A DNA stretch of 64,000 nucleotides from Candidatus Eiseniibacteriota bacterium (GCA_965224245.1 OZ245046.1:4704001-4768000), one strand, 5' to 3'. Counted from the stretch's first letter, positions 44,340 to 54,868 are shown. Numbers and translations: made by a program. Notes: a model not told the origin generated them from the letters alone.

Positions 44340-45350
44340 TCACCGCTCCTCGCGCGCCGGCCGATCGACGAAGGAGATCGCGCGGGTGCCGCTCGCGAAG
44401 TCGTCCATTGACAGCTTCCAGCCCTCGCCGGGCCAGAGATACTCGACGGCCAGACGAGCCGGGTCGTAGACGGCGGTGTAGAGTGTTCCGAACCCGCGCG
44501 AGTAGCTCGTGTTGTAGAGCGGCGGCTCCAGGAACGCGTCGACCAGTCGTGCGCGGTCAATGCCCGGATTCTCGACCAGGCTCGCCAGCCTCGACTCCCG
44601 CGCCAGCGTGGCCGTCGCGGCGGCGTGGCGCGGCCACACGATGCGCTCCTGATGGTTCGTCGAGATGGCCGAGCGCGTCAGGCGCGGGGTCGCGTCCGGT
44701 CCGACGAACGCGGTCACGTGATCGCCGTGTCGATCCAGCACGAGCACGTTGTACGCCATGTGGAACGGCACGCGCATCAGAGCACGCTCGGCGTCGGCCG
44801 TCGTCTCGCACACCTCGAGGAGATACCGGAGGACGATGGGAGCCCCGAAGCCGACACCGGTTCCCTCCTTGCCCCCGAAGGCGAGCGACACCGCCAGGCC
44901 GGCGTCGTTGATTCCGTCGAGGACCCCGACCAGTCCGTCGGTCGACGCGATCACCGAGCGCGCCGACCAGCGACTCTTCAGGAAGACGCCCTCGAAGAGC
45001 TTCGGGCTGAAGTCGTAGTTGCGCACGAGAAAGGCCCGCTCTCGGCGACACGCCGCCTGCGAGCACGACGACAGGTACGGTGGCGGGCAGTACAGGCTCA
45101 GGAACCGGGCCTCGAGGTCGCCGCCTCCGACGAGCTCGACGAGTCGCTCCCAGATGGGCACGAGCTCGGGCATGAAGCGCCGGAGCGCCGACTCGCACGC
45201 CAGGTAGCTCGGCCGCGTGGCGTCCCCGCGAGACAGATACCAGCGGCGGTAGTCGGGCCAGAGCCCGGTGAACAGTGATCGCCACGCGTCTCCCGGGGAC
45301 GCCTCCTCCACGGCCCGGAACACGAACTCGGTGGTCTCGGGATCGCTCAC
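44340..45350 (-). CDS. C45-family Ntn-hydrolase/acyltransferase
   Basis: MPEL, CSQA nucleophile, LVRNYD, DGINDAGL.VSL, STNHQ, GFGTLYT. Confidence 0.82.
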   Translation of the reverse strand: MSDPETTEFVFRAVEEASPGDAWRSLFTGLWPDYRRWYLSRGDATRPSYLACESALRRFMPELVPIWERLVELVGGGDLEARFLSLYCPPPYLSSCSQAACRRERAFLVRNYDFSPKLFEGVFLKSRWSARSVIASTDGLVGVLDGINDAGLAVSLAFGGKEGTGVGFGAPIVLRYLLEVCETTADAERALMRVPFHMAYNVLVLDRHGDHVTAFVGPDATPRLTRSAISTNHQERIVWPRHAAATATLARESRLASLVENPGIDRARLVDAFLEPPLYNTSYSRGFGTLYTAVYDPARLAVEYLWPGEGWKLSMDDFASGTRAISFVDRPAREER

Positions 45351-46837
45351 AGGATCTTGAACGCTCCCGCCTCGAATGCCGCCGGCGACTGCTCGCGCTC
45401 GGGCACCGTGAGCGGGCGTCCCTCGTAGCGCCTGGAGAGCCCGCGAACGAAGGCGCGCGCGCGCTCGTTCAGCTGGAAGTCCTCGGTCATCAGACGTCCG
45501 CGCGTGACGAGGATGCCCAGGTCCGCGCCCTCGTACCGGTAGTCGCCGGGACCGGAGATCCGCAGCCAGAAGCCCTCGTTCTCGGTCTCGACGGCCCGGC
45601 GGTGATAGTCGAAGCGCGCGTACTCGAGCTCCCCGTTCGGCTGGAGCCGCCAGATGCCCGATTCCGGCGCGGCGGTCACCTGATCGACGTCGTCGCGCAC
45701 GTGCTTGACCACGAGCTGGCTCCACTCGTCGATGTTGTCCGGATCCGCCCACCGGCGGTTCAGGGCCTCGACGTCCAGCGAGAAGTCGACATCCGAGAAC
45801 TCGAGCAGATGAAACAGGAACAGCGGCGCGTCCGCGTGCGCGAAGGCCGCGTGGTTCGTGATCGTGCTGGCGCCGGTGATGCGCGGGTTCAGCTCGCCGA
45901 GATACATCTCGCCGCTGTCCTCGTCCACCAGGAAGTCCAGCTCGAAGTATCCGCGATAGCCCTCGGCGCGAAGCTGCTCACCGAACGCGAACGTGTAGTC
46001 GACGGCCTTCTTCCTGAGCTCGGGCGTGAACGCGTCGGGGAAGATCTCGTTGCCGCACCAGCCGCCCTTGTACGGCGTGAGCTCACGGAACCCGACCAGC
46101 TCGGTCATCAGGGGTCCCACGATGGTGCCCGCCTTCGTCGTGCACGCCTCGATCGCCGAGCCCTTGCAGCGGATGCGCTTCATGATCTTCACCTCGGGCT
46201 CGGCGGCGATCTCCTCGGCATGCTTCTGGTAGTCGGCCTCGCTGGAGACGAAGAACGTCGTGTGTCCCGAATCGCCGAACGCGGTCTGGATCACCAGATC
46301 GGACCCGAGCGGCCCGGCCGCCTCGACGAGATCCTGCCAGCTCTCGACCTTGGCCAGCACGTTGGGGACACTGGGCACGCCCGCGCGGTCCCCGATGCGC
46401 ACGGTCTCGACCTTGTTGTCGGCTTTGCTGCGCAGCGCCGCCGGCGGGAACCACACGCTCAGTCCGAGGTCCCGACAGATCGACTCGGTCTCCTCGTCGA
46501 ACATCAGGAACACCGCCTTGCCGAGATCGGCTTGGGACAGCCCACGCTCGCGGGCTGCGGCCCGGCGCCTGACGAAGTCCACGACCTCCTTGTGCTGAAG
46601 GAGGTAGTTGACGATGTCCTCGATCGACTCGAACTCGCGGTGCGGCGCCTCGGACGGGGTGAAGGTGTTCGGGTGGCGCCCGTCGAAGCAATCGATGTAC
46701 GTGATGTGCCGGAAGTTCCGGACCCACTCGTCGATGCCGAGCAGGTTGAAGTTCGTCGCGCTCACGAAGTAGATCGGGGTCTCGTTGCGGTGAAAGAACC
46801 GGCGAATGTCGGAGATGCCGTCCAGCTTCTTCTTCAT
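45347..46837 (-). CDS. ATP-grasp (biotin-carboxylase-like) ligase
   Basis: DNKVET.R, GDSGHTTFF, GWCGN, GYFELDFL, YLGELNPRITG. Confidence 0.8.
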   Translation of the reverse strand: MKKKLDGISDIRRFFHRNETPIYFVSATNFNLLGIDEWVRNFRHITYIDCFDGRHPNTFTPSEAPHREFESIEDIVNYLLQHKEVVDFVRRRAAARERGLSQADLGKAVFLMFDEETESICRDLGLSVWFPPAALRSKADNKVETVRIGDRAGVPSVPNVLAKVESWQDLVEAAGPLGSDLVIQTAFGDSGHTTFFVSSEADYQKHAEEIAAEPEVKIMKRIRCKGSAIEACTTKAGTIVGPLMTELVGFRELTPYKGGWCGNEIFPDAFTPELRKKAVDYTFAFGEQLRAEGYRGYFELDFLVDEDSGEMYLGELNPRITGASTITNHAAFAHADAPLFLFHLLEFSDVDFSLDVEALNRRWADPDNIDEWSQLVVKHVRDDVDQVTAAPESGIWRLQPNGELEYARFDYHRRAVETENEGFWLRISGPGDYRYEGADLGILVTRGRLMTEDFQLNERARAFVRGLSRRYEGRPLTVPEREQSPAAFEAGAFKIL

Positions 46838-49611
46838 GGCTCGTCCTTTGGGCTGCGGGCGAGAGCCGCCTCGGTGAACACGCGGATGCCGAGCTCGGGG
46901 CGGTACCCGTGCACCTCCTTGGTGTCGAGGGCGCGCAGGAAGGCGAGTATGTCCGCGCTCACGATCTGACCCGGAACGAGCACCGGAAATCCCGGCGGAT
47001 ACGGCGTGAGGTAGCTCGCGGCCACGAGCTCGCGGCCACCTTGCATGATCTCGTCGATCTCGGGCTCGTCGATGCGCAGGTACTCGCAGCAGTCCTCGTC
47101 GGTGCCCAGGAAGTACGCCCGGCGGACGTCTCCCTCGGGCGTGTCCGAGGAGTCGCCGGCTCTGAACGCCGCGTGGAACGCGCTGAAATCCGGCAACGGC
47201 GGCAGCTCGTCCACGAGCCGGGCCGTCCTGCGTTCGCGCGCGCGCCGCTCGTACGGGCTCTCGTCCTCCGAGCGGTCCTCGAAGTCCTTGGCCAGCCGCA
47301 CCAGGGCGTTGATCAGGTGGGCGACCGAGCTCCGCGTGGTGCCGATGTTCGTCATGAACAGGCACGTGTTCCGCGTCGTCTTGTTGACTTGAATGCCGTG
47401 ACGCCCCATCAGGAACGTCTTCTTGAACGTGTCCCCGTCCACGCCGGTGTCTCCGATGTAGAGCGTCAGACGGGTGGGGTCCAGCACGAACTCGTCCTGC
47501 TCCCACGAGTCGAGCATCGGACACCAGCCTCGGTCGAGATCGTAGAAGGCCTCGACCCCCGACGGCCGGTACTCGGGCTTCACCAGATCGCGGATCGTCA
47601 GGAACCGGAACCACCTGCGCAGCAGCGGATGCGAGGCCACCGTCTCGCGAAGCGTCATCGCCAGCTCGATCTGCTTGCCGACCATCTCGTAGCCTTCCAG
47701 CTCGGCCTGTCGCCGACCGAGGTCGAGGCTGGCCAGCACCTGGTAGTTCGGCGACGTGGACGTGTGCGTCATGTAGGCGTCGCGGAACGCACCGTCGATG
47801 CGCTGGAAGTCCTGGTCGTAGACGTGGATCATCGATCCCTGGCGAAGCGAGGTCAGCGTCTTGTGTGTCGACTGGGTGGCGAAGACGCGGACGCGCACGC
47901 GGGACGGGTCGGGCATCGCGTCGGGATCACTGGCCGTCGCCCGGGCCATCGCGTACTCCGGCGAACGGTATCGCTTCCGCAACAGGTGGGCCGCGTACAT
48001 GGCCGTCCGGCGCCGATGCGTGGGTGAGAACCGCGCAAAGGCGAACCAGGCCTCGTCCCACAGGAACGCCAGGTCCGGCTTGATGGCCAGGCAGGCCTCC
48101 ATGACGCGGGCAGGATGGTAGATGATGCCGTCGAAGGTGCAGTTGGTGAGAATCACCATCTTCACCCGGTCCAGCTTTCCGGCCGCCTCCAGGCGCCGCA
48201 GCATGCCGGTGACCTCGGACGTCGGAACGCCCCCGTACATCGAGAACTCGTGGAGCGGGTACGCCTCGAGGTAGATCACCTCGGCACCGGCCAGCGTCAG
48301 CGCGTAGTGATGCGACTTGTGGCAGTCGCGATCGACGAGCACGAGATCGCCCGGCCGCACCATGGCCTGCACGACGATCTTGTTCGCGGCGGTGGTCCCG
48401 TTGGTCACGAAGTACGACCGACGGGCGCCGAACGCCCGCGCCGCTCGCTCCTGGGCCTCCTTGATCGGGCCGTGCGGATCCAGGAGCGAATCGAGACCGC
48501 CGGACGTGGCGGAGGTCTCGGCGAGGAAGATGTTCTTCCCGTAGAACTGGATCATGTCCTGGATCCAGTTCGACCGCACGATCGACTTGCCGCGCGAGAT
48601 CGGCAGCGCGTGAAACACCCCGGTCGGTTGCTCGGCGTAACGGCGAAGCGCCTTGAAGAATGGGGTCCGGTTCCGCTCGCGGACGCCGCGGATGATGCTG
48701 AGGTGCAGCTCGAGGTAGTCCTCCTGCCGGTAGAAGACGCGGCGGAACGGCGAGTCCGTCTTGCCCGCGGTCACCTCGACCGACCCGTCGGTGACCAGAT
48801 ACAGGTCCAGCTCGGGTCGAAGCTCGTCGATCGTGGTGGCGAGGGCCTCGGCCCGGTCGATCGCCCGGTCACCCCCGAGCTTCGATCGATCGACGGCCCG
48901 TAGCCACCGGTTCAGCTCGTCCAGCTCGTTCCGGGACTCGAAGGGGAACCCGTAGCGCACCACCACCGACTGGATGTTGAAGTTGAAGAGCACGGCGATG
49001 ATGGCGTCCTCGAAGCTCGGGACCAGCACCACGTCGTAGATGAACGGGTCTTCCGGCCGGCGCATCGACCGGAGCCCCTGCCGCAGCCGCTCCTCGCCCG
49101 AGACGCTCTGCTGATCGACGACGAGAATCTCGAAGTAGGGCCGGCTGAACTCCTCGGGGGATCCCCACGAGTCGAGCGCGTCACGCGCCTCCTCGTCCTC
49201 GTCCCAGTCCTGGAGGTCGCCCAGGGGAATGGCGCGGCGGCGGTAGCTCTGGCTGGCCAGCGCGCGCACGATCCGCTCGACGGTGCGCGCCATCTCGGGA
49301 TACTCCTCGCGCTGGAACAGCCGCTCCAGCGTCGAGAAGCCCTCGCGGCCGGGAAACGCCCAGTAGGCCTCGATGGGCCGCAGCACCGAGAGCTTTCGCG
49401 TGACCTCCTCGCGCATCGCGTCGATCTCGTCGCCTCTCGACAGACGCAGGATGGCCGGCTGGAGCTCGTTCCACGTGTCCATGCGCAGCCGAGACGCGTG
49501 CAGGTGCGCGCTCAGCGACGGCACCGGAGCCGGGGAGCTGGAGGCCGATGGGTCGACGGACTCGCGCACGGCTCCCTCCACCCCGGAGCCGACGCGACGC
49601 GAGTCGCTCAT
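46834..49611 (-). CDS. Orn/Lys/Arg decarboxylase (fold-type I PLP) with N-terminal extension
   Basis: FVTNGT, DRDCHKSHH, TNCTFDG, WDEAW, TQSTHKT, TSTSPNY, LDPTR, PYPPGFP. Confidence 0.9.
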   Translation of the reverse strand: MSDSRRVGSGVEGAVRESVDPSASSSPAPVPSLSAHLHASRLRMDTWNELQPAILRLSRGDEIDAMREEVTRKLSVLRPIEAYWAFPGREGFSTLERLFQREEYPEMARTVERIVRALASQSYRRRAIPLGDLQDWDEDEEARDALDSWGSPEEFSRPYFEILVVDQQSVSGEERLRQGLRSMRRPEDPFIYDVVLVPSFEDAIIAVLFNFNIQSVVVRYGFPFESRNELDELNRWLRAVDRSKLGGDRAIDRAEALATTIDELRPELDLYLVTDGSVEVTAGKTDSPFRRVFYRQEDYLELHLSIIRGVRERNRTPFFKALRRYAEQPTGVFHALPISRGKSIVRSNWIQDMIQFYGKNIFLAETSATSGGLDSLLDPHGPIKEAQERAARAFGARRSYFVTNGTTAANKIVVQAMVRPGDLVLVDRDCHKSHHYALTLAGAEVIYLEAYPLHEFSMYGGVPTSEVTGMLRRLEAAGKLDRVKMVILTNCTFDGIIYHPARVMEACLAIKPDLAFLWDEAWFAFARFSPTHRRRTAMYAAHLLRKRYRSPEYAMARATASDPDAMPDPSRVRVRVFATQSTHKTLTSLRQGSMIHVYDQDFQRIDGAFRDAYMTHTSTSPNYQVLASLDLGRRQAELEGYEMVGKQIELAMTLRETVASHPLLRRWFRFLTIRDLVKPEYRPSGVEAFYDLDRGWCPMLDSWEQDEFVLDPTRLTLYIGDTGVDGDTFKKTFLMGRHGIQVNKTTRNTCLFMTNIGTTRSSVAHLINALVRLAKDFEDRSEDESPYERRARERRTARLVDELPPLPDFSAFHAAFRAGDSSDTPEGDVRRAYFLGTDEDCCEYLRIDEPEIDEIMQGGRELVAASYLTPYPPGFPVLVPGQIVSADILAFLRALDTKEVHGYRPELGIRVFTEAALARSPKDEP

Positions 49612-50492
49612 GTATCGCTCCCGGCCGTCGCGCCGCGACGAGCCCGGGACGGCGTGACCAGCGGGCCCAGGCTCTCCAGGTAGGCTGTCGCCTCCGGATC
49701 GTCCCGGTAGAGCGTGAAGTCGACATCTCGATCCCGGAAGCTCTTGAGCACCTGACCGAGGCCGAAGAGTCCCGATTCGCGATTCGTGCGGATCGTCTCG
49801 AAGTTGACCGTTACCGGGATGAACTCCTCGCCCGACCCTGCCACGTACGCCGCGGTGCCGGTCGGACGGACGACGATCGAGCGGCCGGTGCCGCCGGCGC
49901 CGATGCCGTTCACGTCGAAGAAGAAGCACTGGCTCGTGGCCGCGGATGCGCGCGCGATCGCCAGCTCGACGTCGCGGTCGATGGTGTCGGTCAGCGACGG
50001 GTGCAAGATCACCTCGGCGCCCCGCGCCGCGAGGGTGCGCGTGGTCTCGGGGAACCACATGTCGTAGCAGATCGACAGACCGAACCGGCCCACGTCGGGC
50101 ACGTCGAACGTCAGGAACTCGGTTCCCGCGGTGACGCCCGCCTCGTAAGGACGGAACGGGAACATCTTCCGGTAGCGTCCGACGACCTCGCCGTCGGGAT
50201 TGATCACCGAGGCCGTGTTGTACACGCGGTCACCGCTCTTCTCGAACATCGAGCCGGGGATGAGCCACAGCCGGTGCGCCGCCGCCATCGCGCGAAATCG
50301 CTCCTCGGCCGGGCCGGGCAGCGGCTGCGCATGCGCGGTGGAGGCGCCGAACGGCGCGAGCTCACTGAACACGACCATCTCGACCCATGGGAAGCGCACC
50401 ATCAGCGCGTCGAGCTTGGCCTGCATGTAGTCGATGTTGTCGTGACCGAAGCGCACGTGCATCTGGATGCACGCGACCGCAAAGTCCTTCAT
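49608..50492 (-). CDS. Carbon-nitrogen hydrolase (nitrilase superfamily)
   Basis: Glu-Lys-Cys triad in FSEL, YRKM and ICYD. Confidence 0.9.
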   Translation of the reverse strand: MKDFAVACIQMHVRFGHDNIDYMQAKLDALMVRFPWVEMVVFSELAPFGASTAHAQPLPGPAEERFRAMAAAHRLWLIPGSMFEKSGDRVYNTASVINPDGEVVGRYRKMFPFRPYEAGVTAGTEFLTFDVPDVGRFGLSICYDMWFPETTRTLAARGAEVILHPSLTDTIDRDVELAIARASAATSQCFFFDVNGIGAGGTGRSIVVRPTGTAAYVAGSGEEFIPVTVNFETIRTNRESGLFGLGQVLKSFRDRDVDFTLYRDDPEATAYLESLGPLVTPSRARRGATAGSDT

Positions 50493-51781
50493 GCGTTCGC
50501 CACCACTTCCGAGAGAGAGGTCCGGATGATGTCGAGGCCCTCGTCGAGGATCGCGTCGGGGGCCGTGAGCGGTACCAGCATCCGGAGCACGTTGCCGTGG
50601 ATGCCGCAGGAGAGCAGCACGAGCCCGTGCTCCAGCGCTTGCGCCGCGACCGCGCGCGCGAGGTCGGGGGCGGGCGTTCGAGCGGCGGCGTCGGATACCA
50701 GCTCGATCGCGCACATTGCGCCCAGTCCACGCACGTCGCCGATGCAGTCGAAGCCGTCCTGGGTGCGCATCCGCTCGAACGCGGCGGTGAGTCGATCGCC
50801 GATCGCCTCCGCGCGCGCGAGCAGGTGCTCCTCGTCGATGATGTCCAGCACCGCCAGCGCCGCCGCACAGGCCACCGGGTTGCCGCCGTATGTGCCCCCG
50901 AGACCGCCCGAATGGGGCGCGTCCATGATCGACGCGGTTCCGATGACGCCCGAGAGCGGGAGCCCGGCGGCCAGGCTCTTGGCGACCGTGATCAGATCGG
51001 GCACGACGCCCGCGTGCTCGATCGCGAACAGTCGCCCGGTGCGCGCGAACCCGCTCTGCACCTCGTCGGCCACGAAGACGATCCCGTGGGTGTCACACAG
51101 CTCGCGCAGCCGCCGGAGGAAGCTCGGGGGCGCCACGTAGAACCCCCCCTCGCCCAGGACCGGCTCGATGACGATCGCGGCGACTCGCTCGGGCTCGATG
51201 TCGACCTTGAAGAGCTGCTCGATCGCACCAAAGACGTGCTCCTCGTCGACACCGTGGTACGCGATCGGAAACGGCACGTGATGGACGTCGCCGGGAAACG
51301 GCCCAAAACCGATCTTGTACGGGGCCACCTTGCCCGTCATGGCCAGCGTCAGGAGCGTGCGCCCGTGGAACCCGCCTCCGAACGTGATCACACCCGGCCG
51401 GCCCGTGTGGGCACGCGCGATCTTGACCGCGTTCTCGACCGCCTCGGCCCCGGTCGAGAAGAAGGCCGTCTTCCGGGGCACGTCGCCGGGCGCCAGGGCG
51501 TTCAGGCGCTCGGCGAGGGCGACGTACGGCTCGTACGGCATCACCTGGAAGCTCGTGTGCGTGTACCGGCGCATCTGGCTCTCGACCGCGGCCACGACCT
51601 TCGGGTGCGAGTGCCCCACGTTGAGCACCGCGATGCCGCCGGCGAAGTCGACGTAGCGCCGGCCCTCGACGTCCCAGATCTCGGCGTTCAGGGCGCGATC
51701 GGGGAAGATCATCCCGGCGTGCGCGACACCGCGCGGTATGGCCTCGCGGCGGCGTGTGGTCAGGTCGACATCTCGGCTCAC
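50489..51781 (-). CDS. gabT: 4-aminobutyrate/5-aminovalerate aminotransferase
   Basis: DFAGGIAVLNVGH, TGAEAVENAVKIAR, FHGRT, EPVLGEGGF, DEVQSGFARTG, AKSLA, GGTYGGNP. Confidence 0.9.
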   Translation of the reverse strand: MSRDVDLTTRRREAIPRGVAHAGMIFPDRALNAEIWDVEGRRYVDFAGGIAVLNVGHSHPKVVAAVESQMRRYTHTSFQVMPYEPYVALAERLNALAPGDVPRKTAFFSTGAEAVENAVKIARAHTGRPGVITFGGGFHGRTLLTLAMTGKVAPYKIGFGPFPGDVHHVPFPIAYHGVDEEHVFGAIEQLFKVDIEPERVAAIVIEPVLGEGGFYVAPPSFLRRLRELCDTHGIVFVADEVQSGFARTGRLFAIEHAGVVPDLITVAKSLAAGLPLSGVIGTASIMDAPHSGGLGGTYGGNPVACAAALAVLDIIDEEHLLARAEAIGDRLTAAFERMRTQDGFDCIGDVRGLGAMCAIELVSDAAARTPAPDLARAVAAQALEHGLVLLSCGIHGNVLRMLVPLTAPDAILDEGLDIIRTSLSEVVANA

Positions 51782-52097
51782 GGGTGCCCTTTCATTCGCA
51801 TCGGCGTCGGCTGCGTGTCGGGGGTGGTTGGCGCCGAGCGCTCGGTCGGCCATGCTCGGGGTTCGGCTCTCGTTCGGTCGCTCGTCCGGGACGACATAGC
51901 CTAGCGTCTATCCGCGGCGGACGCCAGTGGGCGGCGCGCCGGGAGGTGGACGTTCGGAGATGTGGCAATTGGGGCGTTTCCCCGACGTCCAACCGTGGTA
52001 CAAGCGTTCCCGGTCGATGGTTTCAACGTTCTGTCCGAGCCACGGGGCCCCGGCGCTCCGATGACGCCCGGATCGCACCCGATCGAGGAGCCCCCCG

Positions 52098-52925
52098 ATG
52101 CCACCCCGCTCCGAGAGCCGAACGCTCGCGGTCTTCGTCGACTTCGAGAACCTCGCGCTCGCGTTCAAGGACGACCGCCGCGTGTCGTTCGACATCAATC
52201 GCGTTCTCGACCGCTTGCTCGAGAAGGGCAACGTCGTCGTCCGGAAGGCCTACGCCGACTGGAGCCGGTTTCGTCACTACACCCAGTCCATGCACGAGGC
52301 CGGCTTCGAGCTGCAGGAGATTCCCAAGCGCTCGATGACCGGGAAGAACTCGGCCGACATCCGACTCGTCGTGGACGCGCTGGACCTCGGCTATGGAAAG
52401 GAGCACATCGACACGTTCGTGATCGTGTCCGGCGACAGCGACTTCTCCCCGCTCGTGGCCAAGCTCCGCGAGAACGGGAAGATCGTCATCGGGCTGGGCA
52501 TGCGCGACTCCACCTCGCAGCTCCTGGCCGATCACTGCGACGAGTTCCTGTTCTACGACGACCTCGAGGGCGAGAAGGACAAGGAGACCGTGGAGACGCC
52601 GTCGTCCATCCCGTCCGAGAAGCGCGATGCCTGGCAGCTCCTGTTCGAGACGATCCGCGCGCTCCAGCGCGAGGGTGAGACCGCCCACTCGTCGCGCATC
52701 AAGGACACGATGAAGCGGAAGCGCCCGTCGTTCAGCGAGTCGGCGTACGGATACCGATCGTTCACCGAGCTCCTGGAGGACGCCCAGGCCGCCGGCTTCA
52801 TCGAGCTGGACGTGGACGAGCGCAGCGGAACCTACAAGGTGACGAAGATGCGAAGCTCGCGCCGCCGGCGCGTCTCGAGCGCGCGCTCGCGCAAGAAGAC
52901 CAAGCGAAAGACGGCGGCGACCTGA
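52098..52925 (+). CDS. NYN (LabA/DUF88) domain protein with OST-HTH/LOTUS C-terminus
   Basis: VFVDFEN, KAYADW, KNSADI, VSGDSDF, CDEF; P.F.E..YGY.SF..LL. Confidence 0.9.
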   Translation: MPPRSESRTLAVFVDFENLALAFKDDRRVSFDINRVLDRLLEKGNVVVRKAYADWSRFRHYTQSMHEAGFELQEIPKRSMTGKNSADIRLVVDALDLGYGKEHIDTFVIVSGDSDFSPLVAKLRENGKIVIGLGMRDSTSQLLADHCDEFLFYDDLEGEKDKETVETPSSIPSEKRDAWQLLFETIRALQREGETAHSSRIKDTMKRKRPSFSESAYGYRSFTELLEDAQAAGFIELDVDERSGTYKVTKMRSSRRRRVSSARSRKKTKRKTAAT

Positions 52926-52958
52926 TCGGCGGTCGCCGCGTCGGGCTCGGATACGGCG

Positions 52959-53780
52959 TCAGTTGCCGTTGTAGCCGAACTCGCGCGTGAGGAGCATGCG
53001 CTTCCAGTGGCTCTCGCGCTGGAAGACGCCCTCGCGGTCGGTGTGGGTGTCGGCGATCTCGAGGATCGCGTACCGAAACCCCTTGGCGCGATCCTCGCCG
53101 TGCTCTCGCAGAACGCGCCGGAGCTCGACGTTGCCGCCGTGCCCGGTGGCCGCGTAGGCGCTCCAGCGCCCCCAGATTCCGGCGTCGCCGTACGCGCTGC
53201 CGACGTAGGCCTTCCCGTTCGCGGTGTCGGTGATCAGATAGACCCCGGCCACGGACGACAGCGCGGCCCGCCACGACGGGACCCGCTGGCTCACGATCAG
53301 GTCGAGCGTCGGCTTGTCGACGACCACGTTCGAGTACCCGGGGAACTCGCACACGGAGAGACGCTCGGACCGGAGCTCCACGACCTCCATCGACGAGACC
53401 CAGGGCTCGGCGTTGAGATACGGCTGCCGTCCGGGGCGCGCGAACGCCACGATCGCGCGCCCGACGAGCGCCTGACAGCTCTCGAGCGGCGCCAGCTCGT
53501 ACCGGATCGCGTACGCGGCGGACCCGTCGGTCTCGTGGCATCCCTCCGACCGATAGGCGCCCGCGAAGAGCCACGCTCCGGGGGCGGACAGCTTGATCAG
53601 GGAGATCACGTACTGGCGCTCGAAGTTGCGGCGGGTCTGACGGGATTGCCAGGCGTCGAAGTCCCCGGCGAGGAACACGTCGAGCGGGTTCTCGACCCCG
53701 TTGCCGGTGGCGAGGTGGATCTTGCACGCCGACGGCTCCAGCGACGGCTCGGCGAGGCGGATGATGTCGAAGAGCTGCAT
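52959..53780 (-). CDS. GIY-YIG nuclease family protein
   Basis: GVYLI.D..NGK.YVGSA.G..GI.GRW, ILE, RE.HWK..L.TR..G.N. Confidence 0.85.
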   Translation of the reverse strand: MQLFDIIRLAEPSLEPSACKIHLATGNGVENPLDVFLAGDFDAWQSRQTRRNFERQYVISLIKLSAPGAWLFAGAYRSEGCHETDGSAAYAIRYELAPLESCQALVGRAIVAFARPGRQPYLNAEPWVSSMEVVELRSERLSVCEFPGYSNVVVDKPTLDLIVSQRVPSWRAALSSVAGVYLITDTANGKAYVGSAYGDAGIWGRWSAYAATGHGGNVELRRVLREHGEDRAKGFRYAILEIADTHTDREGVFQRESHWKRMLLTREFGYNGN

Positions 53781-54049
53781 CGGAGCCGTCCGGCGTTCGG
53801 TTGACGGTCGTCGTCGCGACGCGCGATCCACGGTGGCGACGATTCATTCTCATTCTCGACGCGTCTCCGGCGCCGGCTCGCATCTCAGACGGTCGGCGGC
53901 CGAGATCGGCCGCGTACGGTGAGGCTGGGTGGTGCCCGCCGAGCTGCCGATTCGTGTCACTACGGACGACGGCCGCCGGGGTCCTTCCCGGCGGCTCACA
54001 CGGACGCGCTGGCGTGCAGTTCACGCGCTCGACGACCCGCGGAGGCATC

Positions 54050-54781
54050 ATGAGCCGCATCGCGATCGGCCACGGAAGTGAATGGCACCTCATGCGACAC
54101 CTCGCGTACCACCGCGCGACGCTGACGGCCGCGGTCGAGCGCGAGGTCGGGTGTGCCGGCACGCGCTGGCTGGACTTTCCCTACGCTCCGCGTCGGGAGC
54201 TGCTGGACGCCGAGTGGCGCGGCCTCGACTTCCTCGACCCCGATCACCCCGCGCGGACCGCGTGGACGTCCTACTGGCCCCGCACGGGCTCGCCGCAGTG
54301 CTGGGACGCGGTCGGGCTGGCCCGCGCGAGCGGGCGCGACGAGTGGCTGCTCGTGGAGGCGAAGGCGAACGTGGAGGAGCTCGCGAGCCACTGCTGCGCG
54401 AGAGATCCGGGATCGCGCCAGCTCATCGCCGAGGCGTTCGATTCCACGCGGGAGCGCATGGGCGTCTCGTGCGGACCGGACGCGTGGCTGTCACCGTATT
54501 ATCAGTACGCGAATCGGCTGGCCTGCCTCTCGTTCCTGGAGTCTGAGCGGGTGCCGGCCCGGATCGTGAACCTGTGCTTCGTGGGAGATCGTCGAGACCG
54601 GGTGACGTGTCCCAGCTCCGCGGACGAGTGGCGGTCTCACCTCCGCGTGGTGCACGCGCATCTCGGGCTGACCGGTGAGTCGGATCTGGAGGCGCGGGTT
54701 CATCACGTGTTCGTGCCGGTGGCCGGTGAGGAGACGGCCGCTCCCAGGGTGCCCGCGCGGCGCGTGCGGGCGCTGGGGTAG
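54050..54781 (+). CDS. Hypothetical protein with PD-(D/E)XK-like motif
   Basis: RBS GGAGG; WP..G.PQCWDAVG...LLVEAKA..EE, YYQYANRLA.L. Confidence 0.6.
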   Translation: MSRIAIGHGSEWHLMRHLAYHRATLTAAVEREVGCAGTRWLDFPYAPRRELLDAEWRGLDFLDPDHPARTAWTSYWPRTGSPQCWDAVGLARASGRDEWLLVEAKANVEELASHCCARDPGSRQLIAEAFDSTRERMGVSCGPDAWLSPYYQYANRLACLSFLESERVPARIVNLCFVGDRRDRVTCPSSADEWRSHLRVVHAHLGLTGESDLEARVHHVFVPVAGEETAAPRVPARRVRALG

Positions 54782-54868
54782 GCAGCGTCGGCACGCCGCA
54801 CGTCTTCTCGATCCTCGTCCGGTCACGACACCCGGTACCTCGACGGCCTGAGCGCTCGCCCCTGACCC

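Noticed and set aside
51838-51852. Possible sigma54 promoter for gabT (minus strand TGGCCGACCGAGCGC)
   Set aside because: GG-N10-GC spacing holds, but the -12 element lacks TTGC and such matches are common at this GC content.
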